Origin: Eubacteriales bacterium
GTDB taxonomy: Bacteria > Bacillota > Clostridia > Oscillospirales > SIG627
Reading direction: 5' to 3'
Length of the DNA: 64,000 nucleotides
Assembly (NCBI GenBank): GCA_045631145.1
Contig: JAZQUE010000074.1
Coordinates: forward strand, 3,065-67,064
Under the pieces are notes generated by a model. That model was not told the origin of the DNA. It ran no database searches and saw only the letters and a program-made list of their open reading frames with translations. Shown here in pieces: positions 9,319 to 19,700 of this stretch (the first letter of the stretch is position 1; each line of letters opens with the position of its first letter). Made by a program: the position numbers and the translations under genes.

Positions 9319-11496
9319 ATGGATATTAATATAGACAAACAATATAACATCAGCTCCAGTAAATTTAAGATGCTATCATCTACTTCTGGAGTAGGCTCGG
9401 TTGTTACAACAAAATGGGGGGGATTCATTATGCCCCTTACGATCAATGAATGGGCGTTTATCCGTGCATTAACGGAAAGTATAAACAATCCAGCAAACTC
9501 GCAATACACTAATAAGGATCATCAGGCTGCTACTGGTGCAGAGATAGTTGATGATGAGAGGTTCATAAAATTCCTTCAGGCAAAAAAGGATTTTGTTAAT
9601 CTGAAATGTTTTGCAGCAATACCTCATGTAGGATTAAATGGTGCGAACTACATAGATTATAAGGAGCATCCGTTATATAAGGAGCAGGAATTAAAAAGCC
9701 GAGAGTTACGTCCCGATATGTTCTATATTCCTGCCGTTGATTTTCCTAAATGGTTTATATCATCAAAGTCGGAATTAAAGCGCATTGACGAATGGTTTGA
9801 CCTTTGGAAGCATGAAGAATTTACCAAGGGCGGACACAAACTGCGTCACAACGATGGGAAGGAGGAGTATTTTGCTCCACCAAGAGATCCTCATGGACCT
9901 ACCTTACGAAAGTTCAAGAATCAATTGAATGACCCTACTATCTACAGACCTCTATCACCAGTATCTTTAGTTCTTATATGTGAGAATGGTCATGCGTCTG
10001 ATATAGACTGGTATAACTATTTTTGTGCTTACCTTGATGGTAAGAAGAAAGAAATGACAAGCGAAGAGGGTTTTGATTTATTTGGATATGCTTGCGATAA
10101 CCATTGTACAGTAAACGTAAACGGAAGGCATAGCTTGAAATGGATAATGAACCGCAATCAATCGGAATCATGGGGTACACTCAAATGCGAATATTGTAAC
10201 AAGAGTGTTTCTTTAGCCGGTATTATGAATCTTAAAGTGTTTTGTCGAGGGGAAAAACCATGGGAACCATACCAGGGACAAAATTGGGTACCTTCTCATG
10301 AAAGGTGTATGAATGGTCACTCACGTTCAGTAATGCAGGTTGCAATGGTAACGAGTAATAGTATTTATTACGCTTCATCACAGAGCAGTCTCTATGTTCC
10401 TCTTTCATGGACATCACAAGGAGGGGTTAAATTACAAGGTGATGCATACGACTATCTTGTAGAATTGCAGAACCGTTATGCAAGAAAACTGACAAGGAAG
10501 TCCGATCTGACAAAGGAAGACTTTATAACATCTTTGGGCTATCTTGTAGATGCTGCTGATGCGGATGGCTATTCAATAGATGACAATGAAGCAGAAGCTA
10601 TCACAATTGAGTTCCTTGGTATATCAAATGAAGTTGACGTGGTTAAAACTTATCGTCTAGAGGAATTTAAGGTATTTGTAAATAATGACAATACACCCGA
10701 AGTTAACAGAAAATTTGAGTTTAACGATATTAACATGCGCGAATTCAAGAATGATTTACTTATAGAGAAGTTCTTGAAAATTAAACAAGTTCCGTTACTT
10801 GCTATAACGAGTACTCAGTTGGGGTTTGGACGTGTGAAGATGCCCTCACCTAAGTTAGTCAACGGACAAGTCGTATACAACAATGAGCAGATTCGTCCAA
10901 TCTATTCAGGGAACATTAATGATGTTAAGGTACTTCCTGCTAATCAGATTTATGGTGAGGGATTGTTTTTTGCGTTTGATATAGATAAAATAAAAGAATG
11001 GAGTGAGACCTATGGTCTTGAGAATTACTACAAGACAACGTTAGAAAATGGTAGCATGGGTGAGTTCCTAGCAAGTGAGATGGGAATTTATGGCCGAGCC
11101 AAATACTATCTCTTGCATACGTTCTCTCACCTAATAATGAAGGAATTAGAGTTCTCATGTGGATATCCTACAGCGAGTCTAAGTGAACGTTTATATTACT
11201 CTGATGAAATGTGTGGTGTACTGATATACACAGCAGATGGAGCTGAAGGCAGTATGGGTGGACTTGTATGGCAAGGACAGCCAGAACTAATTGAAAAAAT
11301 AATTATTTCAGCACTTCAACGTGCTTCTGATTGTTCAGCAGACCCTCTATGCTGGGATAATTCAGATGGTTTGAATAAAGCCGCATGTTTTTCATGTGCG
11401 ATGGTATCAGAAACATCATGCGAACAAGGAAATATGGGGCTTGACCGTAGAGCATTGGTGGATCCAGAGTTTGGATATTTTAAAGATTTGATATAA
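9319..11496 (+). CDS. drmB: DrmB-like DUF1998-domain protein (DISARM)
   Basis: 725 aa; YLLHTFSHLIMKELEFSCGYPTASLSERLY...GVLIYTADGAEGSMGGLVWQG and Cys cluster CFSCAMVSETSCEQG typical of DUF1998; directly follows drmA-like gene. Confidence 0.8.
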   Translation: MDINIDKQYNISSSKFKMLSSTSGVGSVVTTKWGGFIMPLTINEWAFIRALTESINNPANSQYTNKDHQAATGAEIVDDERFIKFLQAKKDFVNLKCFAAIPHVGLNGANYIDYKEHPLYKEQELKSRELRPDMFYIPAVDFPKWFISSKSELKRIDEWFDLWKHEEFTKGGHKLRHNDGKEEYFAPPRDPHGPTLRKFKNQLNDPTIYRPLSPVSLVLICENGHASDIDWYNYFCAYLDGKKKEMTSEEGFDLFGYACDNHCTVNVNGRHSLKWIMNRNQSESWGTLKCEYCNKSVSLAGIMNLKVFCRGEKPWEPYQGQNWVPSHERCMNGHSRSVMQVAMVTSNSIYYASSQSSLYVPLSWTSQGGVKLQGDAYDYLVELQNRYARKLTRKSDLTKEDFITSLGYLVDAADADGYSIDDNEAEAITIEFLGISNEVDVVKTYRLEEFKVFVNNDNTPEVNRKFEFNDINMREFKNDLLIEKFLKIKQVPLLAITSTQLGFGRVKMPSPKLVNGQVVYNNEQIRPIYSGNINDVKVLPANQIYGEGLFFAFDIDKIKEWSETYGLENYYKTTLENGSMGEFLASEMGIYGRAKYYLLHTFSHLIMKELEFSCGYPTASLSERLYYSDEMCGVLIYTADGAEGSMGGLVWQGQPELIEKIIISALQRASDCSADPLCWDNSDGLNKAACFSCAMVSETSCEQGNMGLDRRALVDPEFGYFKDLI

Positions 11497-11547
11497 AGAG
11501 AAATTTTTCCAGAAATTTAATATGTTCGTGATATTTAATGAATTGCT

Positions 11548-11579
11548 ATTATCCGAATCATGCACATGATTCGGATAAT
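11548..11579. repeat. perfect 14-bp inverted repeat, 4-nt loop
   Basis: ATTATCCGAATCAT-GCAC-ATGATTCGGATAAT, 52 nt after the drmB-like stop; no clear U tract. Confidence 0.8.
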
Positions 11580-11716
11580 AGGTTATAAAATATCGTATTA
11601 AAAAATAACACTATTTGTCTGGAGCTACCGAAAAAAATGGATACTTTCGGACTAATTGTCTAAATATCTACTTGGACTGATAGTATCGGCGAAGCGGTAC
11701 CAAGAAAATGTAGGGT

Positions 11717-12274
11717 TTGCTCATTTATAAACCTCGTATCTTTGCGCTAAATATAGAGCGTGAAGATATGGCAAACCCCAATTTAACCATGCCGAAATTA
11801 AAACGTGCATTCCAACTGCTTGCGGCCAATGTCCCGCAACGCACCATTTGCGAACAGCTCCACATGGGACGCGGTGTTCTTTCCAAGTACAAGAAAGCTG
11901 CCGATGAGATGAAACTTTCCTATGAGGATGCCGGTCGCCTGAACAATGAGGAACTCGAAAGCTTCCTCCAGTCTGTAAAATCCGCTCCATGCGGTGTGTC
12001 TGCCCAAAGGAAACTTCTGGACGAACTGATTCCGGATTATGTCTCGGATCTTGCACACAACCGCTATCTGACTGTCCAACGCCTGCATGAGAAGTATCTG
12101 GAGAACCATCCTGACGGTTATGGATATACACAGTTCAAGAAAGCCATCCGTAATTATCAGTATGCACATAACCTGAGCTACCACAACACCTATCTTCCCG
12201 GTGCCGAACTCCAGATGGTACCGCTTCAGCGCTATCGGCATTTTATATCTCTTGAGCAGAAATTGTTGTTGTAA
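11717..12274 (+). pseudogene. istA: truncated IS21-type IstA transposase N-terminal fragment
   Basis: Only about 185 aa; HTH-like N-terminus (TICEQLHMGRGVLSKYKKA) and NHPDGYGYTQFKKAI; family-like sequence stops near 12235 and no DDE core or istB follows. Confidence 0.5.
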
Positions 12275-12438
12275 ATAGTAAAAAAGGTTGTAGATATATA
12301 ACCTTATTGCAAACATTTAGTTGTTGGATGAGGATGAATATCGGTATTGGTAATTTTTTTTCACAATAGAAAACGCAACCCGCAACCCGCAACTTTTTTT
12401 GAAAATCACTTTTTAATGTTTGTGGTGTGGGTAGATAC

Positions 12439-12474
12439 AAAAAAGGCAGGTTTACTTTTGGTGAACCTGCCTTT
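12439..12474 (-). terminator. rho-independent terminator, probably the original mnmE terminator
   Basis: AAAGGCAGGTTTAC-TTTTG-GTGAACCTGCCTTT hairpin; on the minus strand it is followed by TTTTTTGTATC. Confidence 0.75.
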
Positions 12475-12496
12475 GCTGTATATGTTTGTAGGATGC

Positions 12497-12514
12497 TTAT
12501 TTTCCGATGCAAAA
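12497..12514. repeat. prophage attachment site (distal end)
   Basis: TTATTTTCCGATGCAAAA; differs by 1 nt from TTATTTCCCGATGCAAAA at 63026-63043. On the minus strand both encode ...FCIGK*. Confidence 0.8.
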
Positions 12515-12820
12515 TTTCTTTTTAGGGATTTTTTACACCTGTACTATATTGTTATTCAAGCATTTACAATACTTTCGCTCCGCAGATTGTTGTTTTTGAG
12601 CAACAGAATAGCAACAGATTTGTATAAAACAACTTTCCGAGGAGTGTTGCTTGCGGTACAAAGATAAGCAATTTTAATGAGAAACGGGAGCAGTTTCCCG
12701 TCCCGTTTCCTGATACAGTTATTTTTCTCGAATACGCCGCACATTGCGTTCAAATTCTTTTCTGCTGTATTTTATAATGCCCGCAAAGAAAACGCCGTAT
12801 TCGCCGCCATTTCGCTTTGC

Positions 12821-13897
12821 TTATGCAAACCTCTTTGCTGCGGCTATGATTTCGTCAGCATACTGATAGATGTCGTCGATAGAGGCGATTTTGTTGTGGT
12901 GCTCCTTTTTCGCTTCATCGACGAACGTTATACGCTTGTTATTCTCGGAATCGAGATACAGGCGACAAACAGGCTTTCGATTGTTGTTGTCAATGAAGAT
13001 AGCGAAGTAGGTTTGTGCGTCACGGTAGGTAACACGTTCTGCAGGTACACAGCCTCGGAGGATAGCTTTCACGATATAGAACGCTTGCAGCTCCTCGTCC
13101 GTCGTAATAATTTTGCTTGCGGGTGTTTCCTCAACGGGTTCTGCTGCCGCCTGTGGTTCTGTTGCCTGTTCAACCGTCGGAGTGTCATTGTCCTTGATAG
13201 CTGCTTTCAGGCGTTCCGAAATTGTAGCGTTGATATAATTGCTGATTGTCCGCTTCAACAGGACGGTAAACTGTTCGAGGATTTTCTGTGTGAACACCCC
13301 CTCGTACACCTGTTTGCAGAGGAAACGCACAAGATCAGGCGAGGGACTCGCAAACTCTCTTTCGATAACTGCTTTCAGCTCGCCCATGTATTTAAGTTCG
13401 CTCGCTGTGCTCAATATCGCCCCAACATCAAAATAAGACCTGTGGAACTTTTTCAGTTCTTCGATTTGCTCGTCCTTGATGTCGAGCAGGTTCACTTCCA
13501 AGAAAGGTTTCTCATCCATTTTGTTTGGTTCGGCGAGGTCTGTGTAGAACTTGTAGATGATACCGTTTGTCAGGACACCGAACTTTGCTTTGGAAACGTG
13601 GAAGTAGCGGAGGAGTTGATTATCGTGCAGCGTGAGGTTCTGTTGCCAATGCTTGCACTCGATTAAGATTATAGGTTCGCCGTCACGGAGGATTGCGTAG
13701 TCTATTTTCTCGCCTTTCTTTGTGCCGATGTCACAGCACATTTCAGGCAGCACCTCCAATGGGTTGAAAACGTCGTAACCTAACGCACTAATGAACGGCA
13801 TAATGAGTGCCGTTTTCGTCGCCTCCTCGGTTGGGAGGTTTCCTTTCAGGCTTTCGATACGCTCGGACAGCCTCTTGATTGAATCCTTGAAATCCAT
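12821..13897 (-). CDS. HsdR N-terminal-like (HSDR_N) restriction-endonuclease-fold protein, possible cargo
   Basis: KTALIMPFISALGYDVFNPLEVLPE...KKGEKIDYAILRDGEPIILIECKH matches the HSDR_N nuclease core (D...E-K). Confidence 0.75.
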   Translation of the reverse strand: MDFKDSIKRLSERIESLKGNLPTEEATKTALIMPFISALGYDVFNPLEVLPEMCCDIGTKKGEKIDYAILRDGEPIILIECKHWQQNLTLHDNQLLRYFHVSKAKFGVLTNGIIYKFYTDLAEPNKMDEKPFLEVNLLDIKDEQIEELKKFHRSYFDVGAILSTASELKYMGELKAVIEREFASPSPDLVRFLCKQVYEGVFTQKILEQFTVLLKRTISNYINATISERLKAAIKDNDTPTVEQATEPQAAAEPVEETPASKIITTDEELQAFYIVKAILRGCVPAERVTYRDAQTYFAIFIDNNNRKPVCRLYLDSENNKRITFVDEAKKEHHNKIASIDDIYQYADEIIAAAKRFA

Positions 13898-13983
13898 ATA
13901 CTGTTACTTTATAGGTTATATCCTCAATCAAGGTTGCTACCGCCTGACAGACCCGCACATAAAAATAGCGTGGGATTCCTGTC

Positions 13984-14095
13984 GGTTTAGAGGTATCGCC
14001 AAACACCTTACGGACTAACAAGGAAATGCCCACGCATATTGCGGGCATCTACCACTGTTTTTAAGTCCGTGTTGAAATTGGCGATTTCCTAAACC
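13984..14095 (-). ncRNA. candidate structured RNA or leader element
   Basis: Four nested helices: GGTTTAG/CTAAACC, ATCGCCAA/TTGGCGAT, ACGGACT/AGTCCGT, ATGCCC/GGGCAT in a non-coding gap upstream of the HSDR_N gene. Confidence 0.5.
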
Positions 14096-14199
14096 TCAAA
14101 ACAATAGCAAACGCTATAATTTTCAAATATGTCGCTACAAAAGTAACCAAAGTTTTTCATACAATACGCTTTATAGCAAGAAAATCGCTATCTCACGGC

Positions 14200-14739
14200 T
14201 CAAAAACTGAAAAGGCTGTATGATACGCCTATACCTATGTACGGGGCAAATTGGGGCGTTTGCGTCAATGTTACCCCATATCCTGCCTGTATGCCGACGC
14301 TCCACCGTTTCGGTTTCTGCTTTATCTGTACAACCTGCCTTGGCTGTGTAATGAACAGGCTGTCGAGTGTCGGTCTGTAACCGCTGACATAGGCTCGGTA
14401 GGTGTCCGTTTCGTATCTTTTCTGCGTGATAGGTATCTGAACCGTTACGCTGTCTTCGGGAACAGTTTTACCGAAATTTTGTACACTATCCTGCAAGTTT
14501 GGAACGGTTTCAGGCATTTTTGGTTCGCTTGCAGGAAGTTTCTCTGTTATAAACCGCAACACAACACTGTCACGTGGCACGGGCTTATAATAAGGTATTG
14601 TGTCGTACACTGTCAGGGTGTCGGTATAAACGCCCAATGACAGCGATTGTTTACCCCTGTGGCATTGATATACGTTCAAGCACAGCAAAACGCCTACAAG
14701 GACGTAAACAAGGAATTTGGTTAGCTCTTTCATACGCAT
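14200..14739 (-). CDS. phage membrane protein near lysis genes (possible spanin-like)
   Basis: N-terminal TM segment LTKFLVYVLVGVLLCLNVYQCHRGKQ; adjacent to amidase. Confidence 0.45.
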   Translation of the reverse strand: MRMKELTKFLVYVLVGVLLCLNVYQCHRGKQSLSLGVYTDTLTVYDTIPYYKPVPRDSVVLRFITEKLPASEPKMPETVPNLQDSVQNFGKTVPEDSVTVQIPITQKRYETDTYRAYVSGYRPTLDSLFITQPRQVVQIKQKPKRWSVGIQAGYGVTLTQTPQFAPYIGIGVSYSLFSF

Positions 14740-15326
14740 TGTTTCAGATACATAATTATCCCCTCGACGTGAGCTTTGACGATAGCCTCTTTCCCCTCCT
14801 CGGAAATCAGAATAGCCAAATCCTCCTTGTTATCCATAAACAGGTTCTCGGTCAGAACAGCGGGGCAAGATGTCTTTTTCAATATCCAAAAGTTCTCCTC
14901 CCAATCAGCGTCACCGTCCGAGGTGTCTTTACGAAACTTTGTTCCCAACGGCAGGGCTTCCGCTGCGGCAAAATACAGGCAGTTGGCAAGTCTGTCTGAT
15001 TTTGTCGTTCCGACACTTGTATAGGCTGACCAACCACGGGCGGACTTCCATTCTCCACAGCCCGCCGCATTGACGTGTACTGATATGAGAATGACATTAT
15101 CCTTACCATATCGTCCGCAAATCTCATTCACTCGACGGGAACGCTCCGACAGTGCGATGTCCTGTTCCTCGGGAACGATACGCTGCACGTCGTAACCCCT
15201 GTTCTTCAACTCTGCTTCAATACGTCGGACTATTTCTCTCGCCCACGCATACTCACGAAAAGAACCGTCTGGGCTTCGCTTCCCTGCGGTTTCCTGTCCG
15301 TGTCCGTTATCCAATAAAATTTTCAT
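14730..15326 (-). CDS. N-acetylmuramoyl-L-alanine amidase (endolysin)
   Basis: KILLDNGHGQETAGKRSPDG...VNAAG...CPAVLTENLFMDNKED, Amidase_3 fold motifs. Confidence 0.9.
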   Translation of the reverse strand: MKILLDNGHGQETAGKRSPDGSFREYAWAREIVRRIEAELKNRGYDVQRIVPEEQDIALSERSRRVNEICGRYGKDNVILISVHVNAAGCGEWKSARGWSAYTSVGTTKSDRLANCLYFAAAEALPLGTKFRKDTSDGDADWEENFWILKKTSCPAVLTENLFMDNKEDLAILISEEGKEAIVKAHVEGIIMYLKQCV

Positions 15327-15329
15327 ACG

Positions 15330-15953
15330 CTATTTGTATTCAGGTAAAAGGTATTGAATGTTCATCGCTGCTGTGTGCATAATGTTGCGAGCTTCCTCCT
15401 CCGATACTGTCATTGGGTGTGTAAACTCACAGAAAATAGAACCCACCCAATCGTGAGTATTGTCATTCAGGCGTTTTACAATAGCCGCCTCGCAACCGCA
15501 ACTTGAAAAGATAGATTTTGCGTATTTGTCCTCTACCTGTTTGTCGATGTCAGAGATATACATAAACAGGTTGCGGACGAGGTCGCTGCTGAATTTTGCA
15601 ACGTCAGCAATCGGGAGGCTTTGGATATGGGGTTTCATCCCCTCAATGCCCTTTCGCTTCACCTCAAAATAAACGCTCAACATACTTTCATTACCGAGCG
15701 GGTGAGGTTGGACGATATACACACGGTCAGCGTCAAGCTCGTGGAGTACGTTCCACAGTTCGCCGTAAACGAGAGAACTGTTGTCGGCTCGGCGTTTCCC
15801 TTTGCGTTCCTCCTGTTGCTTGTACTGCTCGATTTTGAGGTCTGTGAGTTTGTTTTTAGTGTACTGATTGTAGGCGAACCAAGCAGCGAGAGGTGTAGCA
15901 ATTGCAGAAACAACACCCCCGATTGCTATGATGATGTCAGGTATGTTTTCCAT
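15330..15953 (-). CDS. membrane-anchored phage protein near lysis genes
   Basis: Start at MENIPDIII with single TM segment; conserved position. Confidence 0.45.
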   Translation of the reverse strand: MENIPDIIIAIGGVVSAIATPLAAWFAYNQYTKNKLTDLKIEQYKQQEERKGKRRADNSSLVYGELWNVLHELDADRVYIVQPHPLGNESMLSVYFEVKRKGIEGMKPHIQSLPIADVAKFSSDLVRNLFMYISDIDKQVEDKYAKSIFSSCGCEAAIVKRLNDNTHDWVGSIFCEFTHPMTVSEEEARNIMHTAAMNIQYLLPEYK

Positions 15954-15961
15954 AAGGCAAT

Positions 15962-16210
15962 TTAGTTGATTATGGCACGAAGAACGTACCTGATGAGTGT
16001 TCCGAACAACGAGCCGAGAACGGTCAGCCCGTAATCTATCCAATCCCATTTGCCGCCGTAAGCTCTGTCCTTGTATTCAAGACAGGTGGCAGCGATAACA
16101 GAACCAAATAGCGAGTGGCTGTAATCATTAGCCAAAAGACCGATGAATACACCACCCGCTAAATGCTTAATACGGTTGCTCTCTTTGAGCCAAGCGATTA
16201 CCTTTTTCAT
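15962..16210 (-). CDS. small putative holin-like membrane protein
   Basis: MKKVIAWLKESNRIKHLAGGVFIGLLANDY... two hydrophobic segments, upstream of amidase. Confidence 0.5.
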   Translation of the reverse strand: MKKVIAWLKESNRIKHLAGGVFIGLLANDYSHSLFGSVIAATCLEYKDRAYGGKWDWIDYGLTVLGSLFGTLIRYVLRAIIN

Positions 16211-16234
16211 TGTGATACAGTTTGAATTACGGTA

Positions 16235-16265
16235 CAAAGGTAATCAAACCGATTATAATATAATC
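16235..16265 (-). promoter_or_regulatory. candidate minus-strand promoter with palindromic operator GATTATAATATAATC
   Basis: CAAAGGTA (= TAnnTTTG on minus) at 16235-16242, then 8 nt, then palindrome 16251-16265. Confidence 0.55.
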
Positions 16266-16280
16266 ACTTTGAAAGGCGAT

Positions 16281-16733
16281 TTATTTCAACAGCGGCTCCA
16301 ATTCGTTGATTTTATCCCTCAACGCCTGACGTTCCGTGTGCAACGCCGCAACATCGTAGGGGAGTTCCTGTCCTAACAGCGAAGCCTCGTAACACTTGGT
16401 TATCTTGTAGTCGCTGTCGGAAAGAGCGGTTTTAAGAGCTTCGATTTCGTCCCTGATTTTTCGCCTGTCGAACCGTTTTTCATACCTGTAAGCGATATGG
16501 TCGCCCGCATCATACGGAACAGGGACGACGATGTAGTTTTCCTCATCGCTTTGCATTTGTTCCTCTGAAATCAAATCAACGGGCTTCCACACCTCGGACA
16601 GTTCCGACACCTGTTGTTCCACTGTGATAACTTCAACTCTCTGCACACCGTCATTGTCGGTGTAAATACGGTTTATCGGCTCGATGAACCGTGAGTGGAG
16701 GTATTGACCCTCCATATATCCATACTCTACCAT
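16281..16733 (-). CDS. hypothetical phage protein downstream of tail fibre gene
   Basis: Intact ORF (150 aa). Confidence 0.5.
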   Translation of the reverse strand: MVEYGYMEGQYLHSRFIEPINRIYTDNDGVQRVEVITVEQQVSELSEVWKPVDLISEEQMQSDEENYIVVPVPYDAGDHIAYRYEKRFDRRKIRDEIEALKTALSDSDYKITKCYEASLLGQELPYDVAALHTERQALRDKINELEPLLK

Positions 16734-16736
16734 AGT

Positions 16737-19700
16737 TTACCATTTTATACGATTTACCCACCATACCTCGGTTGTGACATTGTTTATCGCACACTTGCAG
16801 AACACGGCAATCAACATCTGCCCGCCACCGACATCGTAATAGTCGTTCTCCGTGTTATCGTCGTAAATATGCTGACCGCTTCGAGGATAAACACGCATTT
16901 TTCCGTCGTTTATCTGTTTGAGGAACACTATCTGTCCCTCACGGGTTGCGGCAGGGAGATATGTTACGCACGTTCCTGTTGCAAAACTAACCACCAATGA
17001 ATCGCTGTCATAGATATACTTTGACGTTACCGTTGTTCCGATTGTTTCAACGTTCAGCACAAGACCGTAAGCTTTCAGGTTATAGAACGCACCACCATAA
17101 TATGGGGCTGTTCCGCTGTTGGAAGCATTACCGTACACTCCCGCCAACATTTCCTGATCTGCGCCCATACTCCAAGCACTCTTATTCAAGTTACCGTAGC
17201 CCAATCCGACCAACGCTGCACGCTGTGTATATCCCGACGAAGCAGCTACACATTGCGTTCCTGCTCGATTTGCAAACACCCCCGTAGGAGAGATATAACT
17301 AACAGCACTATATCCGCTATTTGCTCGTGCCTCAATAGTACCGCTATTTGCGTCGAGCGTGATGTTCGAGCCGAGCGATTCCTGCGAGTAGTCGCCGCCT
17401 GATGAAGCCGAAGTAATCTTTATGCGACTGTTCTTTGCATCGAGTTCGATTTTGTTTCCGTTCTCGAGCGTCGAAACAATCTTGCCGCCACTAATGAACC
17501 AATCTCCGATATTGGCGTTTTCAGCCAATAACAGGTTTGTGGCTACACTCTCAAACGACGCTCCGAACGAGTTCCAATAGGAAGTGTTCGTTGGAGCTTT
17601 CCCGTTGAATGTCCCTGCGTCAATTCGTGCGATGTAATAAGTGTCGCCATACTTCACACAGTCAAGGCGGTTACTGTTTCCGTAGTAGGTTTTACCGCTG
17701 TCGTACTGCCCCCTGAACACCATAACAGGACTTTTCCCGTTCGCTCCGTCCTTGCCGTCGTAAGGTGTCATACGAATAGGCGTACTCCATTGTGAAACGA
17801 GAGCCGAACCGTCGCCCGTCTTTACGGCAAGCGTCATCCACAGGTATTGTGCCGTACCAACGCTTGGAACCGTTGTCGTCCAACCCGACGGATTGAGATC
17901 TGTTTTAGAGAGTGACGGAGCTGATGTAGTAGAACCATTCACAGCAAAACGGAGTTCGGTATAATTGCCGTCGCCTCCGTCGTCGCCTGTATCTCCCTTA
18001 TCGCCTTTCTCGCCCTTGATACTTCCGACATTTTCCCATTTTGAGCCGTTCCAAACATACAGGTTGCCACCGATGATGTATGCGTCACCCGCTGTTCCTG
18101 TCTTCGGCAGTTCTGATTCGCTTGCCAAAGTTCCTTTGATTGAAACGCTCGTTCCGTCCGCTCCGTCCTGTCCCTTTGAACCCGCAGCGATAATCTGCCA
18201 ATATGTAGAGCTTGTCGGAGCTACACCTTTTGCGGGGGTCGCATATATGTAGCGATAGGTCGATGTCAGCCCTGCAACCGTATATGTTACCTCGTCGCCC
18301 TGATAATAGGTGTAGGCGGCATTGTAAACTCCACGATAGCAGCCCAAGTATTCCTCCGCACCGCTTTGGCTCTGCACGATTGTACCCTGCAAACGCAGCT
18401 TCCCGTCGCCCTGTGAGTTGAAGTCAAACACGTTGCCGAGTCTCATAGCATTATTGAGCATATCGAAATATGATGTGCCCGAACCCGATACGATGCGGTC
18501 TGTGGTTATACGCCCTGGCAGTACTTCCGTGAATCCGTACAGTGAAGCGAAAGAACGTTCCTCGTCGTACTCACTGTTCAGCACACCCACGAGAAGATGA
18601 TAATAGCCTGACACGGCTTGCATTTTGATTGCCGTTTCAGACAGTACAAACTCGCCCGTTTCGTCGGCTGTCGAGCATTTCGCATACAGGTAGTATTTCT
18701 TTGTTCCGTCAGTCATAATGGCGGAGGTAAAAGCAGGAAGCGACCACACCTTGTATCCGCTGTGGGAAGAAGAAATATCCTTTATCCCGAGTGTCAGGTG
18801 CTGAATGAAACTTGCTCCGATTTTGAGTTGTTTGTTCGTTCCGTCCCAAACAACTGTGTCCGCCACCTGTGTGAAGTTTGTCAGGCTCTTTACGAAACGG
18901 AACTGCAAGCTCTCGTCGCCGACAAGCATTGACATCGTTTGAACGGCAATCGGGTTGATTGAGTTCGTGAAGTTGTCGAGCAGGGCTTCCTCCAACATCG
19001 AGATAGTTTCCCTTGCATCACGGAAGCGGCGTTTCGTGTACTGTATAGCGTCACGGTGGTAGTCCTCGACCAACACCTCCTCACTCTGCAGCTCCTTGAG
19101 TGTAGTCGAAAAACCGCTTGTCACGGTTGAATTGGATAGCGTCAATACAGGACTGTGCGGCTTGTTGATGTAGTCCTTTATGCCTGTGATACGCACAAGG
19201 ACACCCTCTTTTTGGAAGCGTTCGTCGCTGAACTTGATATAGCCGCCGAGCTTGATTTTCCCGCCAATGTTTACCCAATCCTTTTTCGACCAAATGCCGT
19301 CGAGTTCGCCTGTGAACGAGAACTTCACTTCCTCGTTATCGAACAGGTATTTCACGCCCGCACGGAACATATCCCACGAAGCACCCGATTTCGTTGCATT
19401 GTCACAGATATATGCGTCGGGAAGCATACAGTTGAACACGGCGTACGTGTCGCCCGCTTTCGGGGCAAATACGGCGTTCGGCATTGTCTGCCCGTAAATC
19501 TCCTGTGGCACGATTTCAAAACGACGTGCCGCCTGTTCCTTGCTTGTACCGACGTTCTTTGCCTCGTGAACGTACTTTACCTCGAACTCCTTGCCCGCAA
19601 GCATACCTGATTGGAACTTCACGGTCATAGTTTCGCCCGCTATCAGGTAGTCCTCATAATTCAACGTCGAGGGTATGCTGCTATCCACGATGTCATAGAA

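Noticed and set aside
11717-12274. Active IS21 insertion
   Set aside because: Only an N-terminal istA fragment, no istB and no confirmed right terminus; treated as a remnant.
12369-12391. CGCAACC tandem triplet
   Set aside because: Very short repeat outside the element with no support for function; no CRISPR-like spacing anywhere in the window.
12677-13666. 329-aa plus-strand ORF
   Set aside because: Fully antisense to the convincing HSDR_N gene; no homologous motif; typical shadow ORF in GC-richer phage DNA.
13984-14095. Nested stems as a retron ncRNA
   Set aside because: No adjacent retron RT; the only RT in the element is the DGR enzyme 8 kb away.
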